DNA of 64,000 nucleotides from Burkholderiales bacterium (GTDB lineage: Bacteria > Pseudomonadota > Gammaproteobacteria > Burkholderiales > Burkholderiaceae_C): the NCBI GenBank assembly GCA_028868995.1, contig JAGWTH010000009.1:19811-83810 (forward strand). The letters run 5' to 3'. Positions 63,947 through 64,000 of this stretch are shown piece by piece. Under the pieces are notes generated by a model. That model saw nothing but the letters and a program-made list of their open reading frames with translations. It had not been told where the DNA came from and did no database searches. The first letter of the stretch is position 1. Every line of letters starts with the position of its first letter. The translations under genes were made by a program, and so were the position numbers.

Positions 63947-64000
63947 TCCCCGATAGCTCAGTCGGTAGAGCGCCGGACTGTTAATCCGTAGGTCCCTGGT
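63947..64000 (+). tRNA. tRNA-Asn(GTT), truncated by the window end
   Basis: TCCCCGATAGCTCAGTCGGTAGAGCGCCGGA-CTGTTAA-TCCGTAGGTCCCTGGT... Confidence 0.93.

Overview
Very GC-rich betaproteobacterial chromosome segment (Comamonadaceae, Ramlibacter-like by gene content; this is inference). Mostly housekeeping and catabolic genes: icd (partial), sodB, xseA, exbBD-lpxK-trm112-kdsB-adk, asparaginase/lexA, a beta-oxidation and phosphotransferase/ACAD cluster, rdgC, tRNA-Arg and tRNA-Pro, TRAP membrane subunits, an aerobic benzoyl-CoA (box) cluster with an ABC importer, a glycogen/trehalose operon containing a MalQ-TreY fusion, yggX-mnmC, a cys sulfate-assimilation operon, fdxA-FNR and tRNA-Asn (partial). 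The standout is a tight three-gene cassette at about 50.1-54.0 kb. It encodes a heme-oxygenase-like diiron enzyme, a LuxI/FeeM-like GNAT acyltransferase split by a -1 frame change at an A8 run, and a CqsS/LqsS-type membrane hybrid kinase (HK-REC-REC-Hpt) with no cqsA-type synthase nearby. It is a candidate undescribed cell-cell signalling system. Other notable items: a box cluster with no boxA but a flavodoxin beside the ligase, a DnaA-box plus IHF-site intergenic element, an LvaA/LvaC-like pair, and a REP-like palindrome translated inside cysN. No CRISPR arrays, transposases or integrases were seen. All family assignments come from motif recognition, not database searches.
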